From the human T2T-CHM13v2.0 reference genome, Homo sapiens: 64,000 nt of DNA. The first letter of the stretch is position 1, and each line of letters starts with the position of its first letter. The notes under the pieces were generated by a model. It saw only the letters and a list, made by a program, of their open reading frames with translations, was not told the DNA's origin and did no database searches. Of this stretch, positions 11,755 to 25,679 are shown piece by piece. The translations under genes and the position numbers were made by a program. The stretch lies in NCBI RefSeq assembly GCF_009914755.1, contig NC_060938.1. One strand, given 5' to 3'.

Positions 11755-11930
11755 AAGTATTTCCAAATCATTTCTAATATGATCTTTATACTAGCTATGT
11801 AAGGTAAATAAATATATTATTATCCGCATTATATGGATTTGAAAATGAGACACAAATAAGGCTATTTTCTTTGATTAAGGCAACCAATATTTAATAGAAG
11901 CAGGACCAGAAGGGCTTCTGACTCCCAGAT
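11755..11930 (-). mobile_element. MIR SINE relic
   Basis: tattattatccgcatt..gaaaatgagacaca..cttctgactcccag. Confidence 0.5.
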
Positions 11931-13403
11931 TCACATCATATAACTTATGATGTATTCTTTAGTACAGAATGTACCTAATTTATAAATTCAGATTTTTAAA
12001 GAAACATCATTTCTTAAAGCAAGACGTATTTTTCAAACCTCAGGCTAGAATACAAGAGGAAGGGAGCGGTATTGAGAGGAAAACTATATCTAAGAAATAA
12101 ATAAGGTAGTTACCCTTCCACATATCTTGAATGCTATGTAAATTCATGCATTTTCTTGCATAATATAAAATATTCTCCAGAGCATATGAATCTTTAAAAC
12201 ATTCCATGGCTTAAAGTATGTTGCAGTAGAGAAAAAACTATTAGTCTGCTACATTCCACTGTGAGACATGTAAAATTATATTGTTGGTATAGACATGAAT
12301 TGTAGAGAGTACCTTTACTGGAAAGTCATGAAATACCATTAACCTTTTAGTGGAAAGTGGTTGATATAGCCAAATAAAACAAATTTTAAGCCCATGTAGA
12401 GGGGATACTGACTGTATGCATCCTTTCAGGTGAATGTTATTAATTAAGCATTAAAGTATATTAAATAATTTAGAAGTAAATACTCTATAAGGCTATTTTA
12501 AAATGTTTCCCGAACAGTTCAAATTGTATATCTCAAGATTCCTTAGCTTTACTCAGTAATTACTCTTTGGAATGAGAGGAAAGCAAATACTCCTAACAAT
12601 CTGCTAGGATGAAAACAGAGAAAAGAAACTCAGTCATTAATAACAGAGCTTTCTGCAAATGAACCATCAACCACTAAAAGTCATCCCATAGGTTGTCATC
12701 TGGGCAACCACCCCTCATCCGTATCCCACTGCTTTTCTGTAAGAACAGAAATATTATCCTGTCTCTTTCCATCCTGGCGATGTTCTTTTACTCAGTGTGT
12801 GTGGTTCAATGGGCAGGCAATGTTTCCACTCACAATTTAATTCCATGTCTCCAAATTTAAGATAAAGCCACCAAAACAGTAATCATGCCCTGCTATTTGA
12901 AATTGGCTTGCGTATTTCATGTAAAATGCTATTTTATAGTTGTGATGGAACATAAAAGATTACCTGGATTGTCTTCAGAGAAGTGAGGAAATCTAAACTA
13001 CGTATATCACCAATTATGTATTTTCTACTTGAATATTTCCAGGGAGATGTTCCCTAGAATTCTCAGCTAAATACCAGTTACCATTTGTTGACCAGATACA
13101 AGGTGAAATGAACAGTACTAGGCACTAAATTGGGTGGTTTACTTATATCTTCTCAAGCTTATAATAAGAATGCAAGAATGATATTCCAAGGCCATAGAGA
13201 AAGTAAATGGCAGATCAGTATCCTAACCAGCCCTATATGCTCTCAAAGTCTTGCTATCCAACCAAAATCTTCTCTATATTTTCTTCATTCAATAAATATT
13301 CAATTTATGTATCAGTTATAAAGGCACCATATTACTGTGTCATTGAATTTTTTAATCTGCCCCTCCTGGAACTGCAAATCACTGACTTCCCCAATTACAT
13401 TAT

Positions 13404-13825
13404 TGGTATAGTTTGGATGTTTTCCCCAACCAAATCTCGTGTTGAATTGTAATTCCTAATGTTGGAGATGGGGCCTTGTGGGAGGTGACTGGATCATGGG
13501 GGCGGATTTCTCATGAATGGTTTATTTAGTACCATCTCCTTACTGCCCTTTCGATAGTAAGTTCCCATGAGATCTGGTTGTTTAAGAGTGTATGGTACCT
13601 CCCCACTCTTTTGCTCCTGCTCTGCCCATGTGATATTTCTGCTCCCCCTTCACCTTCTTCCATGACTGTAAGTTTCCTGAGGCCTCCCCAGAAGCCAAGC
13701 AGATGCCAGCATCATGCTTCCTGTACAGGCTGCAGAACCATGAGCCAATTAAAACTCTTTTCTTTATAAATTACCCAGTCTCAGGTATTTATTTCTTAAT
13801 AGCAATGCACAAATGGACTAATACA
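13404..13825 (+). mobile_element. MaLR solo LTR (MSTA-like)
   Basis: tggtatagtttggatg..aaatctcgtgttgaattgtaat..aaattacccagtctcaggtatt..ggactaataca; perfect 5-bp TSD attat (13399-13403 / 13826-13830). Confidence 0.92.
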
Positions 13826-14479
13826 ATTATCTTTCTTCATTTGCTATGCCAAATAATGTGCCTAGACAAGCCCTTTATTTATTTAACGAACATTTATTCC
13901 ACATCTACTATAGGACCATTTCTGGTCAGCAATATGCCAAATCATTAATTCCATCCATACTCAAGTAACCTTACTCTAAGCAAAACTAATGAGGATCTGC
14001 AGTTATACTTTCACAAGAGAAAATAATCATCCAAGTATACTTTAAGTTTTTTCCAGAGCCTATTTGTTCCAACCAACCTCCCCAAGTGCACAGACTTGCT
14101 TCTTGCCTGCTACTCAGGGAATTAAGTATATGTCCGTGTACTTTTCTGTCAGTTTTGCAATTTTGTTTATGGCTCCTCCTCCATACCTACAATGTATTCC
14201 TAGGATATTGTATTAATTCTACTCCTACAATACTTCTCCTTCCCCTTTTTGGTAAAAACAGATTCTAAAGAAGAGTCTGAATATAAAGATAATGTTCTAG
14301 CTTATATGATTAATTCCTCATAACTATGGATTTGGTAATGATCATTCAGTCTTTAGACTATTTGTCAAAATCGCTTTCCCAGGAATAACGACTCTTGATC
14401 AAAGGTAACTAGAAATTACATAACTGGTTCTACACCAATGAGCTCTTGCCATACAGAATTCTATAAATGGGAGACTAAT

Positions 14480-16690
14480 GGAGACAGTGATGGAAAAGTA
14501 AGTTGGCACTAAGTGTAGAAGATCTTTAATGGCCAGCTGAGGAGGCATACTATTTTTTTTTTCTATAAGAAAGTTTTTTGACAAGTTTTGCTTTTTAAAA
14601 AAGGAGGGGAATTCTGGTCATTATTTGTAGCAGAGATTGCTCAGAGGAAGGAATAAGGACAAAGCCATTTGAAAAGCTGTTGCAATAATCTCAGCAGTCA
14701 GTAATAAGGGCTGAAATAAAGTGGTGGAGATGGCAATTCAAAGGAATAGAAATTGGAGACATCTCCAAGAAATAATTAACAAGATCCCATTTCTTTATTT
14801 ATTCAACAGACATTTATTGAGAACTACCCCATACCAAGCATTGTGCCAGAGCTGGAGTTACAGTGTTGAATACAGTAGATATGATCTGTAATCTCATTCT
14901 GACAAAGGAATAAATAAGTTTACAAGCAACTTTTAAAAACATTTACAAATTGTGAATGAAACAAGATACTGAGAAAAGATCACCTGGAAGAGTGATGAGA
15001 TGGTCAGGGCAATGGGTAAATTGTACAGAGAAAGCCAAAAGATGGAGTCAAAATTCCCACTAAGGATTCAAGCCTGGATAGCTGAACAGATGGAGGCATC
15101 AACAGAAACAAAGATGAGCCAATTTGAGAGAGGACCTGACAGATAGTGATCTACCCTCAGATGTATTAAATCAGAGACACTTGTAGAAATGTTCGACAAA
15201 TAATTGGAAATGTTGGCCTACTTTTAGAGAAAAGTCAGGATTTTGGATACAAATCAGAGTGTCTACCACTTAAAGACATGAAATTATATTTCTTCATCAA
15301 GCAGAGAGAAAGGGACCATGAGCAGAACACTAAAGAATGTGCAATCTGGTGGGGTAAGAGCAAAAGAAGACAGTGAAGGAAAGGAAGCCATAAAAGAGGG
15401 AGAAAGGGTTAGTTGAGATGGTCCTCTGCCACATACTGAGAAAAAAGATATCAATAATGAACATCAACAATTGTACATTTTTACAGTGTTCAAGGGCAAT
15501 GAGATAAGAAAAATATTTTTGAGTCATTGATAGAAGGTATTGAGAAATATTGAGGGAGCATTTTCTGTAAAATTATGGGTGGGCCAGTTCACAGAGAGGA
15601 AGCACGGCTCAATTCATAGATAGGAAGCCCCAGATTCTCTGGAACACTCCCAATTATAGTTTATTTTATCCCATTACACACCATATGTGTTTTGGTTCTC
15701 CACTTGAAACTGTGGTAACCTAATGGTAAATAGATGGAAACAATGCTGTTAAAGCTTTCAAGATGCTTGTCAAGGGAAGGAAAGTGAGCAATAAGTACTT
15801 ATAACTTGAAGGGGAATCAAAAGAAGGCATTTTTTGGAGTAGAGCGTCCTGTGCACAACTGCAAGCAGTATGGAAGTGAGCAGCTGTCAAAAGCAGGAGA
15901 ATGAAGATTTGACAAACAAAAAGAGATTTATTAATGGCACTTGGTTCCAGAAAAAGGCAGAAGTTGGGATCAATGGAACAAGATGGAAAAAGGTGAGGCA
16001 CTTCTTTTAAATAGTAGTAAGTAAACAATAGATAAATATGGAGACATTCTTGAGAAGAGAGGAGTAAAGTAGAGTAGGGAGTGATGCTAGAATATAAAGT
16101 CAGTAAAATATAAGCTCCAGGAGATCAGAAGTATTTGATTATTCTGTGTGACTAGTTTTTAATAAATATCAGCAGAATAAATTCTGTGCAGTCAGCCCTA
16201 CCAGGTAAAGAAGGAAGTGTGCTGATCTCAAGGTAAGGAGCTGGCAAGGATGTTGCAGGAGTCATGCAGAGGCCTAAAGAAGGGGACTTGGGAAAGCTCA
16301 GCGGTATGTGATGCAGAGTCAAAATGAGGCAGATAAGATAATGCTAGATGATGTTCCTCATAAGTGAGGGCTCAGCTGAGATTATTGCAACAATCTGTTC
16401 TTTAACTCCTGCAACTCTTTACTCAAACACCACATTCTCAGTGAGGCCTTCCCTGGTCATTCTATCAATACCTAAAACTGCAACTCCTTCTCCACCAGCC
16501 TCACCTCTTATTGCTGTTCCCTGCCTTATTCTCCTTCTCAGTACTCACCACTCTCTGTCATGCTATAGGTTTCACTTTGTTGTATTGCTGTCTGCCTCCC
16601 GCTACTAGAATTTAAACTACGGCAGGCATCTATTGTTTGTTTGTTCACTACTCCCTGTCTGCAGTGCCTAGAACAAGGCACCTTCAATGC
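14480..16690. mobile_element. Cluster of L2 fragments (mostly minus; plus-strand 3' piece about 16420-16690)
   Basis: ttattcaacagacatttattgag..tgtgccag at about 14800; ctcagtgaggccttccctg..cagtgcctagaaca at 16437-16675; boundaries approximate. Confidence 0.6.
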
Positions 16691-18204
16691 AGGGCTGCCT
16701 CTGCATGAGATTGAGACACCAAAGTTAAATGACTTTCTTCAATAACAGTGAGTCATTTGTACAAAGAAGCAGAAGGGAAAAAATAGATGATGGAGGAGGT
16801 CCAGAGTGAACAGTGGGTGAAATCCAAGAGAGAGAGATCCTAGAATGCTAACAGCTAGAAAAATGTGAGGTAATTGGGACTCAGTGAGGTGAAATGATAA
16901 TGCATAGCATGACTGCCATCCTGCCAATGGCAGCCACGAATACCACCTCCCTCTTACGCTGGCTGGGGCAGGAGGTGGAGAGGTGGGGGGTGTTGAGCTA
17001 CATGCTCTGTGTAAACAATGTTGCCTGGCACATAGTCAAGTGTTGAGTAATTGTTAGCTGGTGTGAGGGGTTTTTTTAAATATATTTTTCACATTGCTCT
17101 GGCCCAGAGCCACTGAGGCTAAGGGAACTTCATCACTCCTAAATCCATTTCACACTACTAGCTAGTCAGGGTATGGGCCTAAAGATGAGAGGAAAATCCT
17201 CATCTCCTCACTGGTGGGAAAGTATCAAGCACAGACATGTTGCCGTCTGGAAAACCTAGATTTGTCAAGATAGAATTAAGTCATCTAACTTTGGCTGAGC
17301 AATGCCATCCTGATCAATATCTTTCCTACAAGTGATGGAACATTGCCGTGCTCTTTTGTGCCATGCCACTGCAGATGCATTCCAATAGCAGCCAAAGCTA
17401 ACCCCAAGATCTTGTTGGGCCCACTTAGCCTTTCTCCATATCATGTTTATGTTATTGTATTATTGGCCTATAACCGAAGCCATGCTCTTTTGCCCCTTTA
17501 GAATAATCTCATCTTGGCAGGAGAAGAAATAGAATTATTTTTTCCAATTTAAAGATCATTTTAAGTATCAATCTGACAACCCAACTCCATATGCATTGGC
17601 TTCAAATATAGAGTATGTATCATCGTCCTTATCATCCACTGAACTGTTTGAGTGAATTAAGAGAAGAGGTGCTACAGATGGGAAAGCCAAGCATCAGCAA
17701 GGCTAAATCATTAGTCCAGGGTCCTATAACTTGTAAATGATGTGAGCCATATCACTGTGACCCCAAAGCCAAACACTGCCCGGATTTAAGATAGATGACT
17801 TCACTGGAGTTTTTCATTTCTGATTCCTCAGAAAGAGATTATGGCACAACAAGTTCCCAGAAAGTGATTAAACACATTTTCTTCAAAAAACTAAGAGAAA
17901 TTTTTTCCAGGTTTATGAACAATATCTAATGTCATTTTACTTCTGCATTCAAATTTTGAAATGTCTTATTTGTTAGTTAAAATAAAATATATTTCTGCAC
18001 TAAATATGTCTGACCAGGAGTTAATCCTCTTCAGGTAAGGACTGTGTTTTCAGCAGATGTTTAAGAAAAAAACACGAATCATCTTGAAGCTGTTTAATTC
18101 TGGGGTTTTTGGCATATATTTTAAGCTGTGTATGTGTGTGATGTGAGTTTGAAAAGCAGCTATAGAAAGAAGCTATGACATGGTTGTTGGAAGTTGTTCT
18201 CTTT

Positions 18205-18240
18205 CACACAGACACATACACACACACACACACACACACA
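18205..18240. repeat. (CA)n microsatellite
   Basis: direct reading. Confidence 0.9.
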
Positions 18241-18597
18241 AATCATGTTTCTTCATTCCACAGATGTGACATATTTTGATCTACATAAATGGAACTGAAT
18301 TGAAAAAAAAGAAGGACATCGTGATATAGAAACTGCCTTTTGTCCTACCTGAGAATTTTATCATAAAAATGCAAAACTTATCATCATCATCATTTGTTAG
18401 CCATTCATAACGTACAAGATTCTGGGCATTGCAGACTGTTATAAAAATGTAAGAATATAGTCTTCTATTTTAAAAAGACTAAAGGAAAACAAATTAAAAT
18501 ATGCAGGAATCAATGCATGCATTTCCATCCATGCAATTTTTCTTTAGTCTCCCAAGAAACAGTTTTATGAACTATTTCTGAGTGGCAGATTCCCACC

Positions 18598-19093
18598 TAT
18601 AGTCGTTATCTTTTGCTACATAACAAATTGCCCTCAAACTTAGTGGCTTAAAACAACACACATTTATTATCTCAGTTGTATGGGGCAGGGATTCAGAAGC
18701 ACCTTAGCTGGGTGGTTCTGGCTCAGGATCTTTCATGAAGTTACAAACAAGTTGCTGGCAGGGACTGCAGTCAGCCAGCGTTCACTGGAGCGGGAGCATC
18801 CACTTCTGAGCTTACTCATGTGTGTGTTGGCAGAAGCTTCACCTTTCACTAGCTGTTGGCTAAAGGCCTCAGTTCTTTGCCACCTGGGCCTCTCCATAAG
18901 GCTGCTTGGGTATCCTAAGGACATGGCAGTTGTCTTCCCCCAAGGTGGGTAAACAGACAGTGAGTAAAACAGAGAGAATAAGGAAAAAACTACAATGTCT
19001 TTTACAGCCCACACTCACGGGAAGGGGAATTAGGTTCCACATTTTGAAGAGAGGAGTATCAGAGAATTTGTGGGCATCTTTCAAAACCACCAC
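18598..19093 (-). mobile_element. MaLR solo LTR (MLT1F-like)
   Basis: ttgctacataacaaatt..aaacttagtggcttaaaacaaca..gaatttgtgggcatct..aaaaccaccaca. Confidence 0.8.
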
Positions 19094-19745
19094 ACCTCCT
19101 AAGCACATTTCTCTGCTCTTTCCCTAGTTCTTTCTCAGAACTCTGTAAAGCATTGGACTTACAGGACAATCATAATCACAGTTATACCTAAATGCACTTA
19201 TTTCAGTATCTACTATGTGTCAGGTACCATTCAACACACATAAATGAAACAAAAAAGTCCTTGCTCTTATAAATATAGTAAGAGATTGACAGTAAACTGA
19301 TAAATATAATATGGTTGTGATAACTGCTATGTAAAAAAACAGACTAAGAAGTTAGAAAAGTGTGAGTGCTTAAATAGCTGAAAATACTTCATATCAGCGT
19401 ATCACATATTATGTGGATACACTGCTTCTCAGCCTTGAGAATTCAAATGACCTTAATCTGCAAAAACCATTATCTTTGTCCTTGACCACATGCTTTTTCT
19501 TCTTCCCTAACATTTATGCAAAACCCAGCAGCAAGACTTGCTTCTGTGTTCTTTCTCAGCTTTGCCAGGACTTCACTGTATATGCCAAGTCTTAAAAAAT
19601 AACCAGAAATCATCTGTCAGCTCCTCTTCAAACAGCCATTTCTTTTTTCTTTTGTGGCTGGCTCTCTTCCATGAAAACTTGGCATGTAGTGCCTCCCCTT
19701 CTGGAAAATCACATGTTGTCCTGAAGCAAGGATCTACGGTCTTAC

Positions 19746-19926
19746 CTGCTCTCTACCTGAGTCATATCAGAAACCAAACCCTCTCCACTCCCAGGAATCG
19801 GAAAACCATTCTTTCTGTTGGTAGTTGCCACCTTGGCTCTCAGTGCCCCACTACCAGTTTATCTATCTTGGCCCATCATAACAGGAGCATCAGTTTCCAC
19901 AACCCAACCAGGACTCCAACATCTGT
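19746..19926 (-). other. Candidate non-coding exon (181 nt)
   Basis: tgtttttattatacattttttag| acceptor and CAG|GTAAGA donor; stops in all three frames; non-repeat DNA containing TGAGTCA. Confidence 0.35.
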
Positions 19927-21378
19927 CTAAAAAATGTATAATAAAAACAACACACAAACCCCCCAAACACCAAATAATACAAATCGTCTTCACATCATAT
20001 AATCGGGAGTTGTCAGGTTTTTACCTGTTTCTGGTACGTATCACTATTTGCACTTCTCACAATTCTTGTATTTGCTAAACCATGAGTTTAGGGAAGATTC
20101 CAATTGGGAGAAAACTAATTACTTTTAATTGTTGATTTTAAATATTGTGCTATAATTGAAATTTTATTTCCAAATAAAGGTTAATTTTCTAAAAAGACCA
20201 CAACCTCTCGCCTATGTTTTATTTATTCAGTTATCTTCCTCATTCCGTCTATGCCCTAGATGTTTATTTACTTATTTAATAGTGCCCAAGTGATGGGGTG
20301 TTGGTGTAGTATATTTAGAAAATCAACTAGGTCTCTCTCTTATCTGCCATATTACTCCAGATGGAAATACACATTGGCATATCACATAAGCTACCTTGGT
20401 TACCTTCTGTTCACAGTTGCTATGCCAGTGAAGAATATGAAAATTGGAACTTTCCAACCAATGGCAGACAATATAATTGAGTTAGAGTGTTCCAAGTTTT
20501 CTGAATGGCATTGGGTTGCACTTTGCCATTTTACTTTTTAAAACTCTGGCTTGAATTTGCCATACTAATGTTTTTACATGAAAAAGGTATCTGTCACACA
20601 CCTTACAGTGTAAAGAAAGGTTACATTTCCTAGAGCCCTCACCAATTTTTCCTCTTTTTCCAATTAAGTATATCATAATCCTATAATATGTTGTACTAGA
20701 CTAGTTATAAAGGCTATCATGTTGCTGAAAATAGTATAGTATCCAGTAGATAATAGAAATAAGTCCACTGACATATGCCAACACTGTATTCTGGTTTAAC
20801 TACTGACTAGAGGAAATGTAATAATGGAATCACCACATGAATCCCCAACATCTCTACACAGAGCACTCTCCCATGTTTTTACAATGCCACATAGATACAC
20901 ACATACAGAGGACAAATAAAGTACAGCTCATTCAAGCACTAATCTTTTAGGAGTACAAAAACATCACTGGAATAAATTTAAATAGTGTAGCAATTATCTC
21001 ACATTTTCACATACAACTCACTATACAATTGATGAAATGGAAACTGACCTTATTCCCGCCCAAATAATGCCCTAAGTGAAATTTTTTTCAATAAAGTAAA
21101 TCAGAAACAAACAACTTCTCATCAATAACAACTTGACCTTGATCGAGTATTTTTGCAGCATGCGTATGCAAAACTCATGGTGCAACCACAGCCACAGGAG
21201 CAACCTGAGACTTGCCAGCCAATGGTTACTTCAAACCAATGTTGTCAAATAGCTGAACTCTGAGGAAACACAGAATGACACAGTAGTTTCCTGGAAACAC
21301 CTCACTTGTTTTATTATTCAAATTTTATTCTAATACATTGTCTTGTTTGAAAAATTACCCCCCAGAAAAACTCTGAAA

Positions 21379-21671
<293 letters not shown>

Positions 21672-21750
21672 CTACAGAAAAAAGAAATTTAACTTTCTAA
21701 CAATAAATTCAGAAAAATAATCATTTTTAAACATTTTCAATGATGGGAAT

Positions 21751-22466
21751 TGTATTAGTCAGGGTTCCCTAGAAGGACAGAACTAATAGGATATATATAG
21801 ATATAGATACACACACACACATATACATACTATATATGTGTGTATATATACACACACACATAAACATATATACATACTATATATGTGTATATATGTACAC
21901 ACATATATACATATATACATACTATATATGTGTGTACATATATACACATATATACATACTATATGTAGATATACATACTATATATTATATATACATATAT
22001 AATATGTGTATATATACTAATATAATATGTGTATATATACATATATACTAATATAATATGTATATTTACACACACACATATATAAAGGGGAGTTTATTAA
22101 GTATTAACTTACATGATCACAAGGTCCCACAATAGGCTGTCTGCAAGCTTGAGGAGGAAGGAGAGCCAGTCCGAGTCTCAAAACTGAAGAACTTGGAGTC
22201 AGGTGTGTGAGGGCAGGAAGCGTCCGCACAGGAGAAAGATGTAGGCTGGGAGCCTAGGCCTATCTCTCCTCTTCACGTTTTTCTGCATGCTTTATATTCA
22301 CTGGCAGCTTATTAGATTGTGTCCACAAGATTAAGAGTGGGTCTGCCTTCCCCAGCCCACTGACTCAAATGTTAATCTCCTTTGGCAATACCCTCACAGA
22401 CACACCAGGATCAATACTTCGCATCCTTCAATCCACTCAAGTTGACACTCAGTATTAACCATCCCA
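21751..22466 (-). mobile_element. HERV-L solo LTR (MLT2A1-like)
   Basis: tgtattagtcagggttc..aaggggagtttattaag..caagttgacactcagtattaaccatc; perfect TSD ggaat (21746-21750 / 22467-22471). Confidence 0.92.
21791..22084. repeat. Compound (TA/CA/TG) minisatellite inside MLT2A1
   Basis: repeated higher-order unit like tatatacatactatatatgtgt. Confidence 0.95.
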
Positions 22467-23234
22467 GGAATATTTTGAAAGCTATTAATGTACTTTTTCT
22501 TCTGCCTTTGAGTATGAGACCATCGCTTTAATTGGCATTTGCCTAGAGCCAAAAAAGGATTTTTCACAGAAAGAATGCAAAGAGAAAGAATGAAGTACTA
22601 TCCAACTTCTAACCTGCAAAATAAAATTGTGCAGCAAGAAATAACCCTGTGTGTCAGGCTTTCATTTTAAGAGAATAAAAGCTCCAAGAAAACAGGTATT
22701 TTTTTGTTCACTGCTGCATCCCTTATCAACAGAGCCTGGTACATAGTAGACATCTAATATATACTTAGTGAGTGAAGGAATGAATGAGAGGGAGTTGTAT
22801 AAATGTTTTTGTCTCCTCCTCTAGCATATCAGAAATCAAGTCCAGAGTTTCCAATTCAGACTGGAGTTGCCAAACTCACAGAATTCTCCTATGGGGTAGA
22901 AAATACAACGTTTTGTTATAATGAAGGCATGTCACTTGTTCTGTTAAAGCAAGAGAATGCAATGCTGGAGGACAGGTGAGAGGTTCCACCATAACCTCCC
23001 CCGTGGAGACTGTGGAAGAAGAGAAAAGATGGAGCAAGACACCTAGAAGCATGTGCCCTGGTTTCTGTGCATTAGACAGGTAGAGATACACTGAAGGCAG
23101 AAGAAAAAGACTTGCCTTATTTTCTGTTTAGAACTCCTGAAAAAGATCATCCTTTGTGACCACCCCCAGTCCTTACCACATGGGCTTCCCAGTCAAATCC
23201 ACAAGGAGAATCTCTGCTGCTTGGAGCCCCTGAC

Positions 23235-23510
23235 CTCAAGGAGGGCCAGTCCTTTCAAGCACTTTCACCTGATTAAATCAGGCCCATTCAGGATAATCTT
23301 TATTTTGATTTACTCAAAATCAACTCATTTGGAACCTTGATTATATCTGCAAAATAACTTCACCTTTGCCATATAATGTAACTTACTCATGGGAGTGACA
23401 TCCCATCACCTTTGCCACATTCTATTGGTTAGAAGCAATTCACAGGTCTCACCCCAACTCAAGGAGAGGGGATTACACAAAGGTGTGAACACTAGTATAT
23501 TAGGTCATTC
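23235..23510 (-). mobile_element. MaLR LTR fragment (MLT1E-like)
   Basis: cacctgatta..caggcccattcaggataatct..ttcacctttgccatataa..attctattggttagaagca..aaggagaggggatt. Confidence 0.7.
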
Positions 23511-24384
23511 TAGGATCTGGTCTCCACGCTGGGCTCTAACCAGCAGAGAGGAAAGAGCAAACTGAGTTATGCAGAACAAATAATAACCAGGATGATCATG
23601 CTGACCGTCATCCCAGAGACCACAGAGCCATAAGACACCCCACACACACGCACACACCATATGGTTGTGCTTCATGTTCTTCTCCTCAAACACCCAGACA
23701 CAGTCTCAAAAGGATACAAGGAAGGGGAAACAGACTCAAAATCTCAGAGACTGATCATTTTTACCTCTAGAGATTAAGGTTTACCTAAACAAACTTGAAA
23801 TCATGAGGGCAGACAGAATTGAAAAAGTGTCAAATAGAATCAACAGTACATTTTTTAAATTGTTAAAAAGTGGAGGATCATGAGAGGGGCTAGTTTAATT
23901 AGAAATAAAATAAAGGACACACATTTTTATCCACATGTCCCCAAAAGATATGTAATTAAAAATCAGTTTGACCTGCTGTACATATTTTTATAGAAATTCT
24001 GTAACTAAACTCATGAAAGAGATGTTTATTCATGGTGAATATGATTAAGGTTATCCACTTATAAATTATTGAAAACTGTAAAATAAGACAATTTTGAGTA
24101 AATTGAAAATGTTGTATAATTGTAAATACAAATAATAACCTTCTTAGGTTGAACATAAAGAACATGGCATATTTTTGCTAAGAGAAAGTTGAGTTTTCTT
24201 TGTCCCTACTAAAGATGTGTTGAGTAAATAATGTCCATTTAAATGCTTGTCAAAGGGTAGGCCAGTCCTGGGCATCAATGTGCTTCAATCTAGCCTTTCA
24301 CCCACTGCATGAAGATGCAACTCACAAAAGAAGTCCCTGTCAGTCATTTCTTAGAATGTAAAGTATATTTTACTACATTAACTA

Positions 24385-24600
24385 CTCTATTAGCCACTAA
24401 TTACATGTTAGACACTACGCCAAGTGCTTTGTATGTATAAAACCTCAGCAAATTATTGAAACACTATAAGAATATGTAATAATGCCCATCTTATGGATGA
24501 GAGAACTAAGGCATTAAAAGGTTAAGTAATTTGCCCTTTGTCACACAATGAGTAGAGATCCTGTAAGGATTTAAACTCAGATCCACATGGCTCCAAAATC
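24385..24600 (-). mobile_element. MIR SINE
   Basis: cccatcttatggatgagagaactaaggca..ggttaagtaatttgccc..gtcacaca. Confidence 0.75.
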
Positions 24601-25679
24601 CATGATTGAAATACGTATACTGTATCTGTCAGACTGGTCTACAAAAGCCTATTAAACCCAAAATGTAGCTGAACATAGCATTGTCATTGTACCTATAGCT
24701 TTTAAAAATAGTAAAATGGGAAAAGAGATTCCAAGTTTCACCTTGAGACAGACACACTCATCTCTTCCACCCCTGCAGGGGATAAGGGCAGAGGTTTTCT
24801 CAGCCCATCCATGGTTTCCTAGCTCTAGGACAGGAGACTCCTCTAGCTTCACGTCTGTGCTGGTTGTTGTTCCCACAAGCTGAGGCAGGACTAATGATGG
24901 ACGCTTTCAAGGCTCTGAGTGGGCAACACTGGGGGTTCACAGTCTCCTGCCACATTAAAGCCCCAGGACATGACTACATCTGAGATGGTCCCTACCACCT
25001 TCTTACTGTCCCTCCTCAGGCTTCATGGATTGACCTGACTCCTTCCTTTCCACTGCCACTGTTTCTTGCTTCCAGTCAGGGTTTTACTATTCTCTAACCT
25101 TCTGCAATATAGAAGTTGTTCTCTAGTGTTCTGAATTTCAACCTTCTTATCAGACAAAAAGCAAATCAGAAGTTCCCCATTCATCCCACCCTTCCCATAA
25201 AATGTGGAAGCTCACATTTGCATATAATTTTCAGTGGCCAGGCTGAGAGATTCAGGTAAAAGGGAGGTGAATATAACCAGTTGCTATGACAACAGCAAGA
25301 CATAAAATGGCATAGCAACTCATAGGACAAGCTTTTAAAATTACATAAACGTGAATTATACAAAAAGTCATTCAAAATTACATATAAGAAAATGACTGGC
25401 CAATTGAAAGAAGCATACCACACAAATAAACCACCTTGAATTAGGCAATTAAAGAGATATATATAATTCTAACCCTCAAGGGACTGTGAGAAAGAGGGGA
25501 AATTACAATTCTGCTGTCTCTGTAATATTACTTGTCAACCATAGTGATCCAGCTTCATTCACGTTAAAATTTTTCATGTCTACCACAAAGCTGAGAATTA
25601 AGTCACAACTACATTACAAGGCCAGCAAGAATGAAACGGAAGTGTTTGCCTTCACCATTTGATGCCGTTGGCCATTCTC

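Noticed and set aside
20372-20430. Imperfect inverted repeat cattggcatatcac / gttgctatgccagtg as a pre-miRNA
   Set aside because: Stem too short and loop too large for a Drosha substrate
21836-22051. Tyr/Ile/His-rich ORF, and the KERKG ORF at 55105-55326
   Set aside because: Translations of simple repeats
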